Part shown: in pieces, positions 41,990 to 53,046 of the stretch
Numbering within the stretch: the stretch's first letter is position 1
How the letters are laid out: each line of letters begins with the position of its first letter
From: a bacterium
Lineage (GTDB): Bacteria > UBA8248
Direction of reading: 5' to 3'
DNA length: 64,000 nucleotides
NCBI GenBank assembly: GCA_965213625.1
Contig: CBDBZU010000004.1
Location: 2,528,001 to 2,592,000 of the forward strand
Notes under the pieces: generated by a model
Told to the model about the DNA's origin: nothing
The model's input: only the letters and a program-made list of their open reading frames with translations
Databases searched by the model: none
Made by a program: the position numbers and the translations under genes

Positions 41990-42763
41990 TCATTTCTTGC
42001 CTGTGAGCACGAGGAGGCGATTATAAGCGGTGGAAGCGTGCTGGTCATCGGGATACGAGTCCAGTAATGAACGATAGGCCTCTCCTGCTTTCTTGAAACT
42101 CTCCTCAATTCTGTAGCTTTCCCCAAGCTTGTACATGGCTTCGGCGCGCACTTGGGGGACGTCTTCAAAATCTCGAATGATTTCTTTGTAGCGTGGAATG
42201 GCGGAAACGCGCAGATTCGTCTTGAAGTAAAAATTCGCGACAAACAGAGCGTTGTTGGCAAGATGTTCCCTTAATTCTTCGATTTTCTGTTTGCCATCTG
42301 CCGTGTATTTCGAGCCGGGGAAGCGGCTCACGAGAGTTTGAAAATTTTCGAGAGCGTCTCTCGCAACGGAGGCGTCCTGGTCGATTTCGAGATTTCTCTG
42401 ATAATCGCTCATGGCTAGGAAATAATACGCTTTTGGCGTTCCGGCGCTTACGGGGTAGAGGCGTACATATTCGGCGTATTGCAATTTCGATTCGATGTAT
42501 TCTTCCCCTTGGTAGTAAGAATCTCCTAAACGCAACAGCGCGCTTCTGCGGTGTTTACTGTCTGGATGCTCCTCGAGTAAGCGCTTGAACGCGAGGCGCG
42601 CCGCCTCGAAGCGCTCGGCCCGCATATCCTCCTCGCCGATAACGAGCAACTCTCCGGGCGAAGCTTGTTGTTTCGGGCGCTTGGCGCAACCGCTCAGAAT
42701 GAGGAGTACGCAAACCAAGGAGAGAAAAACAGTCCCAATGTTGTGTGTAGAACGATTGAGCAT
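41990..42763 (-). CDS. bamD: Outer membrane protein assembly factor BamD
   Basis: Lipobox LSGC, TPR-like repeats, DQD..ARDALENFQ..RFP and VANFY motifs. Confidence 0.88.
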   Translation of the reverse strand: MLNRSTHNIGTVFLSLVCVLLILSGCAKRPKQQASPGELLVIGEEDMRAERFEAARLAFKRLLEEHPDSKHRRSALLRLGDSYYQGEEYIESKLQYAEYVRLYPVSAGTPKAYYFLAMSDYQRNLEIDQDASVARDALENFQTLVSRFPGSKYTADGKQKIEELREHLANNALFVANFYFKTNLRVSAIPRYKEIIRDFEDVPQVRAEAMYKLGESYRIEESFKKAGEAYRSLLDSYPDDQHASTAYNRLLVLTGKK

Positions 42764-42856
42764 ACAATTCTCTATCAAAAGGAATATCACCGTGCAGTTT
42801 CAGTTCAATCTGAATCTTAGGAGAGCACCGGAGGAGGTGTCAAGAAACCTCTGATT

Positions 42857-44587
42857 CTATCGGCGAACGATGAGTTTTTCCCCGGGGTAAATTTTGGCCG
42901 AGGCGCTCAGGCGGTTCCATGCGAGGAGCGTTTCCGTTGAAACCCCGTATCGTTGGGCGATGGTTGAGACGTTTTCTCCCGGTCCGACGAGATGGTGGGT
43001 TTGTTTGTCGTTGGTCCTTTCTGGTTTGGTGTCCTCGGCTTTTTCAAGGCGTTTTTTCGAGGGGAGGTGAATTTTCATACCGACGGACAGGCGCTTCGGG
43101 TCGATTCCGGAATTGCTCTGCACAAGTTTATTGGTGGAGATATTGTATTTCTTTGCGATGAGCCAAAAGTTCTCACCTTCTTGTACTACATGCTGATTCG
43201 GCAAAGGTGCGTTCCCGTTCACCGGTGCGGAATTTTCTAGAACTGACCTTAAGTTTTTGGACGGTTTTGGCAAAATAATTTTGGCGCCCACTTGAAGCCT
43301 TCTGGGATGGAGATGAGTGTTCATCTCGATAAGCTTGTCCAGCTTTATTCCGAATCTTTGTGCGATGTCGCCGAATGTATCTCCCGGTTGTATTCGGTAA
43401 TGGCCGGTAGAGGAGTGTAATTTAATGGAAAGTTTCGCCAGATTCGCGGTAAATCCCTCAGCCTCTTTATCCGGTAGGAATAGATGGTATCCATTGCTTG
43501 GGGGCGTAACGGATGTTCTCAACTCCGCATTGATTTCCCTCAAAGTGCTTAAAGGAACGTTCGAAATACGGGAAATCGCGCTCAAGCTGGTGCCATGAGT
43601 AAGTTTGACGGCTTTATAATCCCAGGAGTTTTCATAATCGATGCCTACGAAACCGAAAACTTCCGGGTTTTTAGCGATTATCATCCCTGCCAGGTACTTG
43701 GCGACGTAGTTGCGGGTTTCGTTGGGCAGGTATCTTGTTCTGGCGAGTGACCAATAGTCTTTTTGCTTCGATCTGCGAAGGGCTCTGGCGATGCGGTGCT
43801 CTCCCGCGTTGTATGCGGCGAGCGCCAGATGCCAATCCCCGAATTTCACATAAAGTTTCGATAGGTAGGCCGCGGCAGCTCGAGTGGATTTCATCGGGTG
43901 GCGGCGCTCATCCACATAATAATTAATTTTCAGGCCCATTCGCCTCGCAGTACCCGGCATGAACTGCCAGGGACCGACCGCGCCGGCTCTGGAGCGTGCC
44001 TTCAGGCTGAATCCGCTCTCAATCAAAGAGAGATAGGCCAAGTCTTGCGGCAGTTGGTGCTTTTTCAGAATTTGACGGAATAATTTGATATAGCGTCCCC
44101 CTCTGCCCAGCCAGACGGAAAAACTGACGCGTCCGGGACCCGTGAAATACTTAACCCAACGGTCCACGATGGCGTTACGAACGACGGGAACGTCATACAA
44201 GAAAGCTTTGGGTTTCTTGGCTTCCGGTGTTATGGGAGGCTTGTGAAACTCTCCGGTTTCAGGAACAGGCAAGCTGATGTCATGAGGGGAAGGTTCAGAG
44301 TCTTGAAACGTCTTTTCGTCCATGGATTCTTCAAGGTCCGGTCGCCTGGCGACTTTTTCGGTTGCCTTGGATGGTAATTCTTTCTGAGAGGCTGCAGGTA
44401 GTTTGAGCGTTGTTGATTTTGGAGCCGGGGGAGGGAGTAAAACCGTATTGCGGGGAGTAGATTGGGTGCGCGTCTCTATGGAGATGTTATTTGGTAATTT
44501 CTTAGGCTGAATTTCATTCTGGGCGACAGGCGCTGTGCTGCAGCCTGCTGCGAAAATACAGAACAGGAGAAAACATCTTCGTTTCAT
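42857..44587 (-). CDS. mltD: Lytic transglycosylase lipoprotein with three LysM domains (MltD-like)
   Basis: Lipobox AAGC; LIESG, GPWQFM, AAYNAG and ETRNYV motifs; three LysM repeats. Confidence 0.88.
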   Translation of the reverse strand: MKRRCFLLFCIFAAGCSTAPVAQNEIQPKKLPNNISIETRTQSTPRNTVLLPPPAPKSTTLKLPAASQKELPSKATEKVARRPDLEESMDEKTFQDSEPSPHDISLPVPETGEFHKPPITPEAKKPKAFLYDVPVVRNAIVDRWVKYFTGPGRVSFSVWLGRGGRYIKLFRQILKKHQLPQDLAYLSLIESGFSLKARSRAGAVGPWQFMPGTARRMGLKINYYVDERRHPMKSTRAAAAYLSKLYVKFGDWHLALAAYNAGEHRIARALRRSKQKDYWSLARTRYLPNETRNYVAKYLAGMIIAKNPEVFGFVGIDYENSWDYKAVKLTHGTSLSAISRISNVPLSTLREINAELRTSVTPPSNGYHLFLPDKEAEGFTANLAKLSIKLHSSTGHYRIQPGDTFGDIAQRFGIKLDKLIEMNTHLHPRRLQVGAKIILPKPSKNLRSVLENSAPVNGNAPLPNQHVVQEGENFWLIAKKYNISTNKLVQSNSGIDPKRLSVGMKIHLPSKKRLEKAEDTKPERTNDKQTHHLVGPGENVSTIAQRYGVSTETLLAWNRLSASAKIYPGEKLIVRR

Positions 44588-44697
44588 GAGCAAGATACTT
44601 TCTCCCCAATTTCAGGCATTTCTCTCATAACGTTCAGAAAAGCGGAAAAACCACCGCCAGATAGGATAGCAATCACCGGCAAGCTTGGTCAAATGAA

Positions 44698-46146
44698 TTA
44701 CGCGCGGTGTTCGGAGGTGCGAGAATCCCGGAAAAGAGAGAGTTGATAGTCGTTATCCTCGACGGAAATTGGATATTGCCCCGAAAAACAAGCCGTGCAA
44801 AACGCCTCTTCATCCGGGTGCACGCAGTGGAGCAGGCCCTCCAGAGATAAATAGCGAAGACTGTCCGCCCTCAGGAATTGCCGAATTTCCTCAACACTGC
44901 TCGAAGAGGCTTTGAGTTCCGAGAGGGTAGGCATGTCGATACCGAAAAAACACGGGTGGGTGATGGGAGGGGAGCTGATGCGCATGTGAACTTCTTTTGC
45001 GCCTGCTTTCCGGATGAGTTCTACAATTTTTTGGCTCGTCGTTCCTCTGACGAGGGAATCATCGACCACGATGACCCGCTTGTCCTCCAGGAACTCTTTC
45101 ATGGGATTCAATTTGAGTTTGACGCCGAAATTTCGAATGGACTGTTCCGGCTCGATAAACGTACGGCCCACATAGTGGTTACGAATCAGGCCCCATTCAA
45201 GAGGCAAGCCCGATGCGTTCGCGTATCCGAGCGCGGCCGATAGGCCCGAGTCCGGAACGGGCGTGACGATATCCGCCTCCACGTTATCTTCCTCGGCGAG
45301 TCGAGCACCAAGTTTTCTCCTGACGGCATAGGCGTTTTTCCCAAAAATGAAGCTGTCCGGGCGGGCGAAATAGATGAACTCGAAAATACATTGTTGATGT
45401 TCAACGGACGGAGTAAAAGTGATGCTTTCTACTCCGTCTTTATCGATCACGACCATTTCGCCTGGTTCCACTTCCCGGACGTATTCGGCGTCGATCAGGT
45501 CGAGCGCACACGTTTCGCTCGCGAGGACCCAGGAGTCGCTCCCTCTTTGTGCGGCGGGGAGTTTGCCCAAAGCCAGAGGGCGGAAGCCAAGGGGATCACG
45601 GATGCCGATCAACTTTTCCTCGGTCATCATCGTGAGCGTATAGGCTCCCTCTAATCTCCTGACAGCTTCGATGATGGCTCCCTCAGTGGTTTTCTCATCG
45701 GAGCGAGCGATGAGATGCAAGATAACCTCACTGTCCGTCGAGCTGCGGAAAATGGAGCCGTTCGCTTCGAGCTCCTGACGCAAGGCGCCGCCATTGACGA
45801 GGTTTCCGTTGTGGCCGAGAGCGATTGTTCCCTTGGCGTAGTTAACCAGAAACGGTTGTGCGTTTTTAATGTCGGATTGCCCAGAAGTGGAGTAGCGATT
45901 GTGTCCGATGGCAATGCTGCCGGTAAGCTTGGCGATACGGTCTTCCGTAAAAACATCGGCAACGAGGCCCATACCGACTTCGCTGTGCACCCTCTCCCTG
46001 TTGGAGGCTACGATGCCCGCGCTCTCCTGTCCTCTGTGCTGAAGTGCGTAGAGACCCAGGTAGGCCATGTTGGCCGCTTCGGGGTGGCCGTAGATACCGA
46101 ATACGCCGCATTCTTCTTTCGGATGGTCATCTATCCAGGTAGACAT
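44698..46146 (-). CDS. purF: Amidophosphoribosyltransferase
   Basis: EECGVFG, LQHRGQESAG and VDDSLVRGTT motifs; Fe-S cysteines. Confidence 0.97.
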   Translation of the reverse strand: MSTWIDDHPKEECGVFGIYGHPEAANMAYLGLYALQHRGQESAGIVASNRERVHSEVGMGLVADVFTEDRIAKLTGSIAIGHNRYSTSGQSDIKNAQPFLVNYAKGTIALGHNGNLVNGGALRQELEANGSIFRSSTDSEVILHLIARSDEKTTEGAIIEAVRRLEGAYTLTMMTEEKLIGIRDPLGFRPLALGKLPAAQRGSDSWVLASETCALDLIDAEYVREVEPGEMVVIDKDGVESITFTPSVEHQQCIFEFIYFARPDSFIFGKNAYAVRRKLGARLAEEDNVEADIVTPVPDSGLSAALGYANASGLPLEWGLIRNHYVGRTFIEPEQSIRNFGVKLKLNPMKEFLEDKRVIVVDDSLVRGTTSQKIVELIRKAGAKEVHMRISSPPITHPCFFGIDMPTLSELKASSSSVEEIRQFLRADSLRYLSLEGLLHCVHPDEEAFCTACFSGQYPISVEDNDYQLSLFRDSRTSEHRA

Positions 46147-46147
46147 C

Positions 46148-48385
46148 TCACAGCACCTCGGAGAGGGCGTTCGACCATGCCGCCACGATATTCGGCATGG
46201 CCAGGTTAATGAGGGGGGCATTATCGGTTGTTTTGACTACGAAAGCACTCTCCTGTACGCGACCAATGCGCGTAAGCTCCGCCCCGCAACTCTGTACAGC
46301 TTCTCGAAGCGCGCTCACCGACTGAGGAGATACGCTCACCAAAATGCGCGCTGCGGCTTCGCCGAATAACAAGCCGTCGAGCCGGCCCTCTTGCTCGGGA
46401 AGCCACACCTCGGCTCCAAGGCTGCTTTTCGGCGACGCGAGCGCGGATTCGGCCATAGCAATTCCCAATCCGCCTTCGGAAAGATCGTGTGCGGATTGCA
46501 GCAGACCTGATTCGATGCCGCGTCTGCACGCTGTTTGCACTGCTTTTTCCGCATCCAGCGAAATCTCCGGTGCGTCTCCTCCTTCTTCCCCTGTTTTCAC
46601 CCAAACGTACTCATGGGCGCATGCGTGCGGCAATGGCGCTTCGTCTTTGGGATGAATCAGAGCGATGGCGTCATCCTCCGAGACGAAACCATGGCTAGCT
46701 CTTTTATGGGTGTCATCGAGTAGTCCTACCATGCCGATGATCGGGGTGGGGTAGATGTCGATCTGGTGTGTTTCGTTGTAAAAACTCACGTTTCCGCTCA
46801 CCACGGGCAAGCCCAGTGAACGGCAAGCTTGCGCCATGCCCTCGATTGAGGAGGAGAATTGGAACATGACGGCGGGGCGCTCCGGATTTCCGAAGTTGAG
46901 GCAATTGGTAATCGCGAGCGGCTTTGCGCCCACGCAGCAGATGTTACGCGCGGCTTCCGCCACGGCGAAAATCCCCCCCTTGTAGGGATCGAGCATGCCG
47001 TATCGTGCGTTCCCGTCCGTCGTGAGGGCCAGAGCCTTGTTCGTGCCCTTTATTCGGATGACGGCGGCGTCTCCGCCCGGAGGTGTCATCGTGTTCGTGC
47101 GAACCCTGTGGTCATACTGACGCCATATCGGCTTTTTGTCCCCATGGTTGGGGTGAGCCAACATCTTGAGCAGGGAGACTCCTAAATCATCAGGCACCGG
47201 CAGTTTGTCTAACGGATCTTCGAGTGGGAGCCCGCGTTCTGGTTTTCTTGAGCGGTCATAGGAAGGCGCGTCATCCGTCAGCGAAGATACGGGCAGATCG
47301 GCGACTTCATCCCCACAGAAGGTTGCGCGAAGCCTCCCATCCCGGGTCACTTCCCCCACGACGGACATCGGCAAATCCCATCGTTCGAATATTTCCCGCA
47401 CCTCGGATTCTCTGCCTTTCTCAGCTACCAGCAGCATCCGCTCCTGGCTTTCCGAGAGCATCATCTCATAAGGCGTCATTGCCTCTTCCCGGCAAGGCAC
47501 CGCATCCAGGCGAAGCAGAAGGCCGGTGCCAGCGCGTCCCGCCATTTCGACGGAAGATGAGGTGAGGCCTGCGGCGCCCATATCTTGGATGCCGACCACG
47601 GAGCCGCGCTTCATCAATTCCAGGCATGCTTCGAGCAGGAGCTTTTCCCGGAACGGATCTCCCACTTGAACGGTGGGTCTCTTTTCGAGAGCGGTATCAT
47701 CGAAACCCGCCGACGCCATGGAAGCGCCGTGAATTCCGTCTCGCCCGGTGGGCGCGCCGACGTAGATGACTGGGTTTCCGACGCCAGAAGCCGTGCCCCG
47801 GAATATAGCGTCTGATCGCATGATGCCCGCGCACATGACGTTTACCAGAATGTTCCCGTTATAGCAGGGGTGAAATTTCGTTTCACCACCCACCGTCGGT
47901 ACGCCGATGCAATTCCCGTAACCTGCGATGCCACCTACGACACCGCCGACGAGATAAGGAGTGCGGGGATGTTCCGGCGCTCCGAAACGCAGGCTGTCGA
48001 GCAGCGCGATGGGCCGCGCGCCCATCGTGAAGATGTCCCTCAAAATGCCGCCCACTCCGGTGGCCGCACCCTGGTAAGGTTCGATGAAAGAGGGGTGGTT
48101 GTGGCTCTCCATCTTGAATGCGACGGCCAAGCCTTCACCTATGTCGACGACGCCCGCGTTTTCTCCGGGCCCTTGCAGGACGTGGGGTCCTTGCGTGGGA
48201 AACTTTTTCAGGTGGATGCGGCTGCTTTTATACGAACAGTGCTCATTCCACATGGCGGAGAAAACGCCGAGTTCCGTAATGTTGGGTTTGCGCCCCAAGG
48301 CTTCCTTTATCTTTTCCCACTCATCCGGGGAAAGACCATGGTCGAGGGCCATCTCTCGCGTGGCGAGCGTGTCTGTCGTGATCAT
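46148..48385 (-). CDS. purL: Phosphoribosylformylglycinamidine synthase subunit PurL
   Basis: [18 protein letters not shown] and QDMGAAG motifs; ATGA overlap with purQ. Confidence 0.97.
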   Translation of the reverse strand: MITTDTLATREMALDHGLSPDEWEKIKEALGRKPNITELGVFSAMWNEHCSYKSSRIHLKKFPTQGPHVLQGPGENAGVVDIGEGLAVAFKMESHNHPSFIEPYQGAATGVGGILRDIFTMGARPIALLDSLRFGAPEHPRTPYLVGGVVGGIAGYGNCIGVPTVGGETKFHPCYNGNILVNVMCAGIMRSDAIFRGTASGVGNPVIYVGAPTGRDGIHGASMASAGFDDTALEKRPTVQVGDPFREKLLLEACLELMKRGSVVGIQDMGAAGLTSSSVEMAGRAGTGLLLRLDAVPCREEAMTPYEMMLSESQERMLLVAEKGRESEVREIFERWDLPMSVVGEVTRDGRLRATFCGDEVADLPVSSLTDDAPSYDRSRKPERGLPLEDPLDKLPVPDDLGVSLLKMLAHPNHGDKKPIWRQYDHRVRTNTMTPPGGDAAVIRIKGTNKALALTTDGNARYGMLDPYKGGIFAVAEAARNICCVGAKPLAITNCLNFGNPERPAVMFQFSSSIEGMAQACRSLGLPVVSGNVSFYNETHQIDIYPTPIIGMVGLLDDTHKRASHGFVSEDDAIALIHPKDEAPLPHACAHEYVWVKTGEEGGDAPEISLDAEKAVQTACRRGIESGLLQSAHDLSEGGLGIAMAESALASPKSSLGAEVWLPEQEGRLDGLLFGEAAARILVSVSPQSVSALREAVQSCGAELTRIGRVQESAFVVKTTDNAPLINLAMPNIVAAWSNALSEVL

Positions 48386-49083
48386 GATGAGGCCACCATC
48401 CGCAGAACGGACATAAACATTCGCAACCCGTCCTCGCCGCCCACCAGATGATCGCAACTGCGTTCGGGGTGCGGCATGAGGCCCACCACGTTTCCCTGCA
48501 GGTTGCATATGCCCGCGATGTTTTCCATCGAGCCGTTGGGGTTCGCTTCGGGGTTCACGTCACCCTCTGCGTTGGCGTAGCGAAAAACAATCTGATCGTT
48601 ATCTTCGAGGTTGGCGAGTGTCCCGGGATCGCAGAAGTAGTTTCCCTCGCCGTGCGCAATGGTCATTTTGAGGATTTCTTCCGGCTCAATGCCGCATGTG
48701 AAGGGGGTTCTTGGGGTTTCGCATTTGAGCCAAACCTCGTCACAAACGAAGCGAAGCGACTCGTTTCGCCTCAAAGCCCCCGGCAGGAGGCCGGATTCGG
48801 TCAGGCACTGAAAGCCGTTGCATATACCGAGCAGGGGACGGCCCTCTCGGGCATGTGCGGATACAGCTTTCATGATGGGAGAGAAGCGTGAAATGGCGCC
48901 GGCTCTTAAGTAATCCCCGTAGCTAAAGCCTCCCGGGAGTATCACCACCTCCGCGTCTCCCAAAGAAGTCTCCTTGTGCCAGACGAAGCGCACCGGCTGA
49001 TTGAGAACGTCTTTTATGGCGTGATAACAGTCATGATCGCAATTTGAACCGGGGAAGACGATGACGGCGAACTGCATTGTCAT
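48382..49083 (-). CDS. purQ: FGAM synthase glutaminase subunit
   Basis: [23 protein letters not shown] and MPHPER motifs. Confidence 0.97.
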   Translation of the reverse strand: MTMQFAVIVFPGSNCDHDCYHAIKDVLNQPVRFVWHKETSLGDAEVVILPGGFSYGDYLRAGAISRFSPIMKAVSAHAREGRPLLGICNGFQCLTESGLLPGALRRNESLRFVCDEVWLKCETPRTPFTCGIEPEEILKMTIAHGEGNYFCDPGTLANLEDNDQIVFRYANAEGDVNPEANPNGSMENIAGICNLQGNVVGLMPHPERSCDHLVGGEDGLRMFMSVLRMVASS

Positions 49084-49340
49084 CTCTCACCATTCTTGGA
49101 TTCATCCGCCATTTCGATGCGGTAGTTTTCGATGACGGGGTTGGCGAGCAGGTCCTGGCACATTCTCTCCAGATCGTCATGAATGTTGGCTGTGTCATCG
49201 AGCTCAATCTCGATGAATTTTCCAACGCGCACATCACTCACGCCCTTGAAACCGAGAGAGGAGAGTGCTCCCCGAACGGCTTCCCCCTGGGGGTCGAGTA
49301 CGCCCGTTTTGAATGTCACGTAGACTTGGGCTTTCGGCAT
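49080..49340 (-). CDS. purS: FGAM synthase subunit PurS
   Basis: VLDPQG, VRVGK and [10 protein letters not shown] motifs. Confidence 0.96.
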   Translation of the reverse strand: MPKAQVYVTFKTGVLDPQGEAVRGALSSLGFKGVSDVRVGKFIEIELDDTANIHDDLERMCQDLLANPVIENYRIEMADESKNGER

Positions 49341-49359
49341 TACCACCTCTGGGCGAAAG

Positions 49360-50073
49360 TTAATCTATGACAAGCTTTTCGACTTCGGCGTATGCGTCTT
49401 CCACGTTGCCTAAGTCCCTGCGGAAGCGATCCTTGTCCAGTTTCCGGCCCGTTCCTTTTTCCCAGAAACGGCAGCCATCCGGCGTGATTTCATCACCCAG
49501 AAGCAGTTTGCCGCCCTCTGCCGCGCAGCGTCCGAACTCGAGTTTGAAATCCACGAGGTCTATGTTGCGCTCGGAGAAGAACGAGGTAAGGATGTCGTTC
49601 ACCTTGAATGCGTATTCGCGCATCTGTGCGAGTTCTTCGCGCGTCGCCAGTCCGAATGCAACGGCGGTGTCTTCGTTGATGAGCGGGTCGTCGAGTTCAT
49701 CGTTTTTCAGGTGCAGATCGACAATCGTGTTCGGAAGGCGCGCACCTTCTTCCACGCCCATTCTCTTGGCCAGGCTTCCAGCGATGATGTTTCTCAGCAC
49801 CACTTCGACCAGAATGATGTCGAGTTTCTTCACAAGCATCTCTCGCTCGGAGAGCTTTTCCACGAAATGCGTGGGTATGCCCTGACGTTCCACCTCTTGT
49901 AGCAGACGAGATGAGATGGAGTTGTTGAAGACGCCTTTTGCTACGATGGTGCCCAGTTTCTTGGCGTTGAATGCGGAAGCATCGTCTTTGAAGAACTGGA
50001 TGCAGTAGGCGGGGTTGTCCGTCTCGTAGATGATTTTGGCCTTGCCTTCGTAAAGTTGTTTGCCGCGTTCCAT
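49360..50073 (-). CDS. purC: SAICAR synthetase
   Basis: LYEGKAK, DFKLEFG, DEITPDGCR and DKDRFR motifs. Confidence 0.97.
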   Translation of the reverse strand: MERGKQLYEGKAKIIYETDNPAYCIQFFKDDASAFNAKKLGTIVAKGVFNNSISSRLLQEVERQGIPTHFVEKLSEREMLVKKLDIILVEVVLRNIIAGSLAKRMGVEEGARLPNTIVDLHLKNDELDDPLINEDTAVAFGLATREELAQMREYAFKVNDILTSFFSERNIDLVDFKLEFGRCAAEGGKLLLGDEITPDGCRFWEKGTGRKLDKDRFRRDLGNVEDAYAEVEKLVID

Positions 50074-50227
50074 GAACAATTCTCCATACGAGGATCGTTG
50101 AATTCGAGCCTTCTTCTCAGGGGTTATTCCAATATTTGAACGGGTTGAGAAACGACCATTCCGGGCGGTCAGGAGGTGCTATCCTAACATAACCGAGCCG
50201 GTGTTTGTCACCCTGTGGATTCAAGTT

Positions 50228-51535
50228 TCATTCCTCATCGGGACCGAAGACTCTTTCGAAAATCCGGTCAATATTTTTCAGGTGGGCGTCCATGTCGAAG
50301 CAGTGGGCGAGTTCCTCTTCACTCAACACACCTCCCACTTGGGGGTCCGCCGCCAGTTTCGTCTGAAAATCACCTCCCTCGGCCCAAACTTCCATGGCGG
50401 GAGCCTGAACTCGCGCGTAGGCTTCTTCCCGTGTCATGCCCGTTTTACGTATCAAGGCGAGCATGACGTGTTCGCTGAGGAGCAATCCCTTTGAGCGCGC
50501 GAGGTTTTCCAGCATCTTGTCGGGATAGACGACCCAGTTCTTCATCAAGTCGTTGAGTTTGACCAGCATGTAATCCACGAGAATTGTGCTGTCCGGCAAT
50601 ATGACGCGTTCCACGGATGAGTGGGATATGTCGCGTTCGTGCCATAAAGGAACGTTCTGGAGGGCCGCCGTAGCGTTTCCCTGGACAATGCGGGCCAAAC
50701 CGCACAACTGCTCCGAAACCACGGGGTTTCTCTTGTGGGGCATGGCGGAACTTCCCTTTTGTCCCTTGCTGAAGAACTCTTCCGCCTCGCCCACTTCGTT
50801 CCTTTGCAGGTGGCGTACCTCAGTCGCAACGCGGGAGATGCTCGCCGCCACGAGTGCTAGTGCAAGGTGATAATCCGCATGGCGGTCGCGCTGGATGATT
50901 TGGCTGCTGACACGGTCCACCTTGAGGCCCAGGCGCTCGCAGATGGCCTCTTCGGCATCCGGGGGGATGTGGGGACACGCGCCCACGGCGCCAGATATCT
51001 GGCCGACGCGGACGGCTTCACGCGCGCTTTGCATTCGCTCGAACGCGCGCTCGAACTCGGTGTACCAGGTGGCTATTTTGAGACCCAAAGTTGTGGGCTC
51101 GGCGTGCATACCGTGGGTTCTGCCCGATATAATTGTGCGTTTTTGTTCCAGGGCGCGTTCTTTCAGTGTCTGTTTGAGTTCCTGAATATCATCGAGAATG
51201 ATGTCGGCTGCCGAAATGAGCTGAAGCGCAAGGCCGGTATCGAGGACGTCGCTGCTCGTCATACCGAGGTGGATGTAGCGCGAGGATGGCCCTACATGCT
51301 CCGCCACGTTGGTGAGAAAGGCAATCACGTCGTGCTTGGTGACGCGTTCGATCTCTTTGATTCGCTCGGGTTCGAAAGCTGCTTTCGATTTAATCTCCTT
51401 AAGTGCCTCCGCCGGAATGTCACCGCGTGCGCTCATTTCCTCGCAAACGGCTATTTCCACGTCCAGCATGCGCTGCAGCTTTTCCCGTTCTTCCCATATT
51501 TTCGCCATATCGGGGCGTGTGTATCTCGGAATCAA
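50228..51535 (-). CDS. purB: Adenylosuccinate lyase
   Basis: MIPRYT, GRTHG and GSSAMPHKRNP motifs. Confidence 0.97.
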   Translation of the reverse strand: MIPRYTRPDMAKIWEEREKLQRMLDVEIAVCEEMSARGDIPAEALKEIKSKAAFEPERIKEIERVTKHDVIAFLTNVAEHVGPSSRYIHLGMTSSDVLDTGLALQLISAADIILDDIQELKQTLKERALEQKRTIISGRTHGMHAEPTTLGLKIATWYTEFERAFERMQSAREAVRVGQISGAVGACPHIPPDAEEAICERLGLKVDRVSSQIIQRDRHADYHLALALVAASISRVATEVRHLQRNEVGEAEEFFSKGQKGSSAMPHKRNPVVSEQLCGLARIVQGNATAALQNVPLWHERDISHSSVERVILPDSTILVDYMLVKLNDLMKNWVVYPDKMLENLARSKGLLLSEHVMLALIRKTGMTREEAYARVQAPAMEVWAEGGDFQTKLAADPQVGGVLSEEELAHCFDMDAHLKNIDRIFERVFGPDEE

Positions 51536-52326
51536 GGAAGACCCTCCGTTATTCCTCCGGCTCCTACCAGGGGAGTCGGCTCATCCTGAGAGGCGCTCAG
51601 GAGATTTCTCTGTCCGTGGCCGTTCAACGCTTTTCTGGCTGTTTCCAGAAGAAGCTGGTTCTCATTGTTCTCCAGAGAGATATGAGCGCAGATGAGCCAC
51701 TCGAAATCGGCGGTAACGATATTCTTGAGCAGTTTCGCAGCTTCCTCGTTGCTGAGGTGTCCGAGCTTTCCTCGAATCCTCTGTTTGATCGGCCAGGGGT
51801 AGGGGCCGTTGATGAGCATTTCCACGTCATGATTGAATTCCAGGACAAGTCCTTGAAGCCCCTGGAGCCGCTGGCGCGCCAGATTCGTGGCGAATCCCAT
51901 ATCGGTAGCGAAGCCGACGCGGCGCCCGTCTTCAGCGTTGAAAATCATCCCGAAGGGGTCGGCCGCATCATGAGGCGTGCTGAAAGGCTCCACTTTTATA
52001 CTACCAATATGAAATGGGAGCCCCACTTCAATTTCCTTCCACGCAGGAGTTTCGCCTATCGTTTTCTGGCTCGCCGTGTATGTGGCTTTGTTCGTCCAAA
52101 GGGGCAGATTCCATCTCCTCGCCAGGGTGCCCGCGCTTCTGACGTGATCGATATGTTCATGCGTGAGCACGATGGCCATCAGGTCCTGCGGGCTTATACC
52201 GTAGATTTCGAGGCGTTTTGTGATTTGCCGTGCGCTGAGGCCAGAATCGACGAGAAACGTCGCACCGCTTGAGCGAACCAAGGCGGCGTTTCCCCGACTC
52301 CCGCTGCCTAAAATTCCAATTTCCAT
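51532..52326 (-). CDS. MBL-fold metallohydrolase (YycJ/WalJ-like)
   Basis: GSGSRGNA, THEHIDH, HDA, EFNHD and GHLSN motifs. Confidence 0.9.
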   Translation of the reverse strand: MEIGILGSGSRGNAALVRSSGATFLVDSGLSARQITKRLEIYGISPQDLMAIVLTHEHIDHVRSAGTLARRWNLPLWTNKATYTASQKTIGETPAWKEIEVGLPFHIGSIKVEPFSTPHDAADPFGMIFNAEDGRRVGFATDMGFATNLARQRLQGLQGLVLEFNHDVEMLINGPYPWPIKQRIRGKLGHLSNEEAAKLLKNIVTADFEWLICAHISLENNENQLLLETARKALNGHGQRNLLSASQDEPTPLVGAGGITEGLP

Positions 52327-52376
52327 GTTTCGCGTCCCGCCGTTAATTAGGCTCAGCCAATGAGGGCGATTTTTCG

Positions 52377-53036
52377 CTATTGCGATTCCCTGGTGAAAGC
52401 CTCATCAATGCAGTGGCAAATATAATGAAGAGCGGCTTCATGGGCTTCCTGTATGAACCCGGTGTCATTCGAGGGCACAGTCACCGAATGTCTCGCAGCA
52501 TGGGAGGCTGGGCCGCCACCCCCGCCGGTCATCGCGACGCCAACCAATCCAAGGGCGTCGGCTCGTTTGATAGCGGTGACGACATTGGCAGACTTGCCGC
52601 TCGTACTCAGACCCAGGGCGACGTCTCCCGCTCGTCCGTGCGCCTGAATTTGCCGTGCGAAAATTTCCTCGTACGTGTAGTCGTTCCCGATGGCGGTGAG
52701 TGCGCTCGTGTCACCGCTGAGGCAAATAGCGGGCAGAGGAGCGCGATCAGCCAGAAAGCGGCCTACGAGTTCGCCTGTGAAGTGCATGGCGAGTGCGGCG
52801 CTCCCCCCGTTGCCGAAGGCGATGATCTTCCTTCCGGACACCAGGCATTCGACGATGACGCTGGAGATATCGTCTACTTGCCGGGAGTAGTCGCTCGAGG
52901 CAAGCGATTCATACTTCACGGCGCGCTCGGCCAGGAATTCCTTTGCCGATGATCCCAAAGGATGCCTCTGAGTAGTGGGGCGGTAGGAAGGTGGATCAGG
53001 GCATCCACCCAGTGCCCTGCAATCTAGCCGATCCAC
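52377..53036 (-). CDS. gmhA: Phosphoheptose isomerase (SIS domain); start uncertain
   Basis: GNGGS, TAIGND, STSGKS and IQEAH motifs. Confidence 0.85.
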   Translation of the reverse strand: MDRLDCRALGGCPDPPSYRPTTQRHPLGSSAKEFLAERAVKYESLASSDYSRQVDDISSVIVECLVSGRKIIAFGNGGSAALAMHFTGELVGRFLADRAPLPAICLSGDTSALTAIGNDYTYEEIFARQIQAHGRAGDVALGLSTSGKSANVVTAIKRADALGLVGVAMTGGGGGPASHAARHSVTVPSNDTGFIQEAHEAALHYICHCIDEAFTRESQ

Positions 53037-53046
53037 GGGCTGAATT

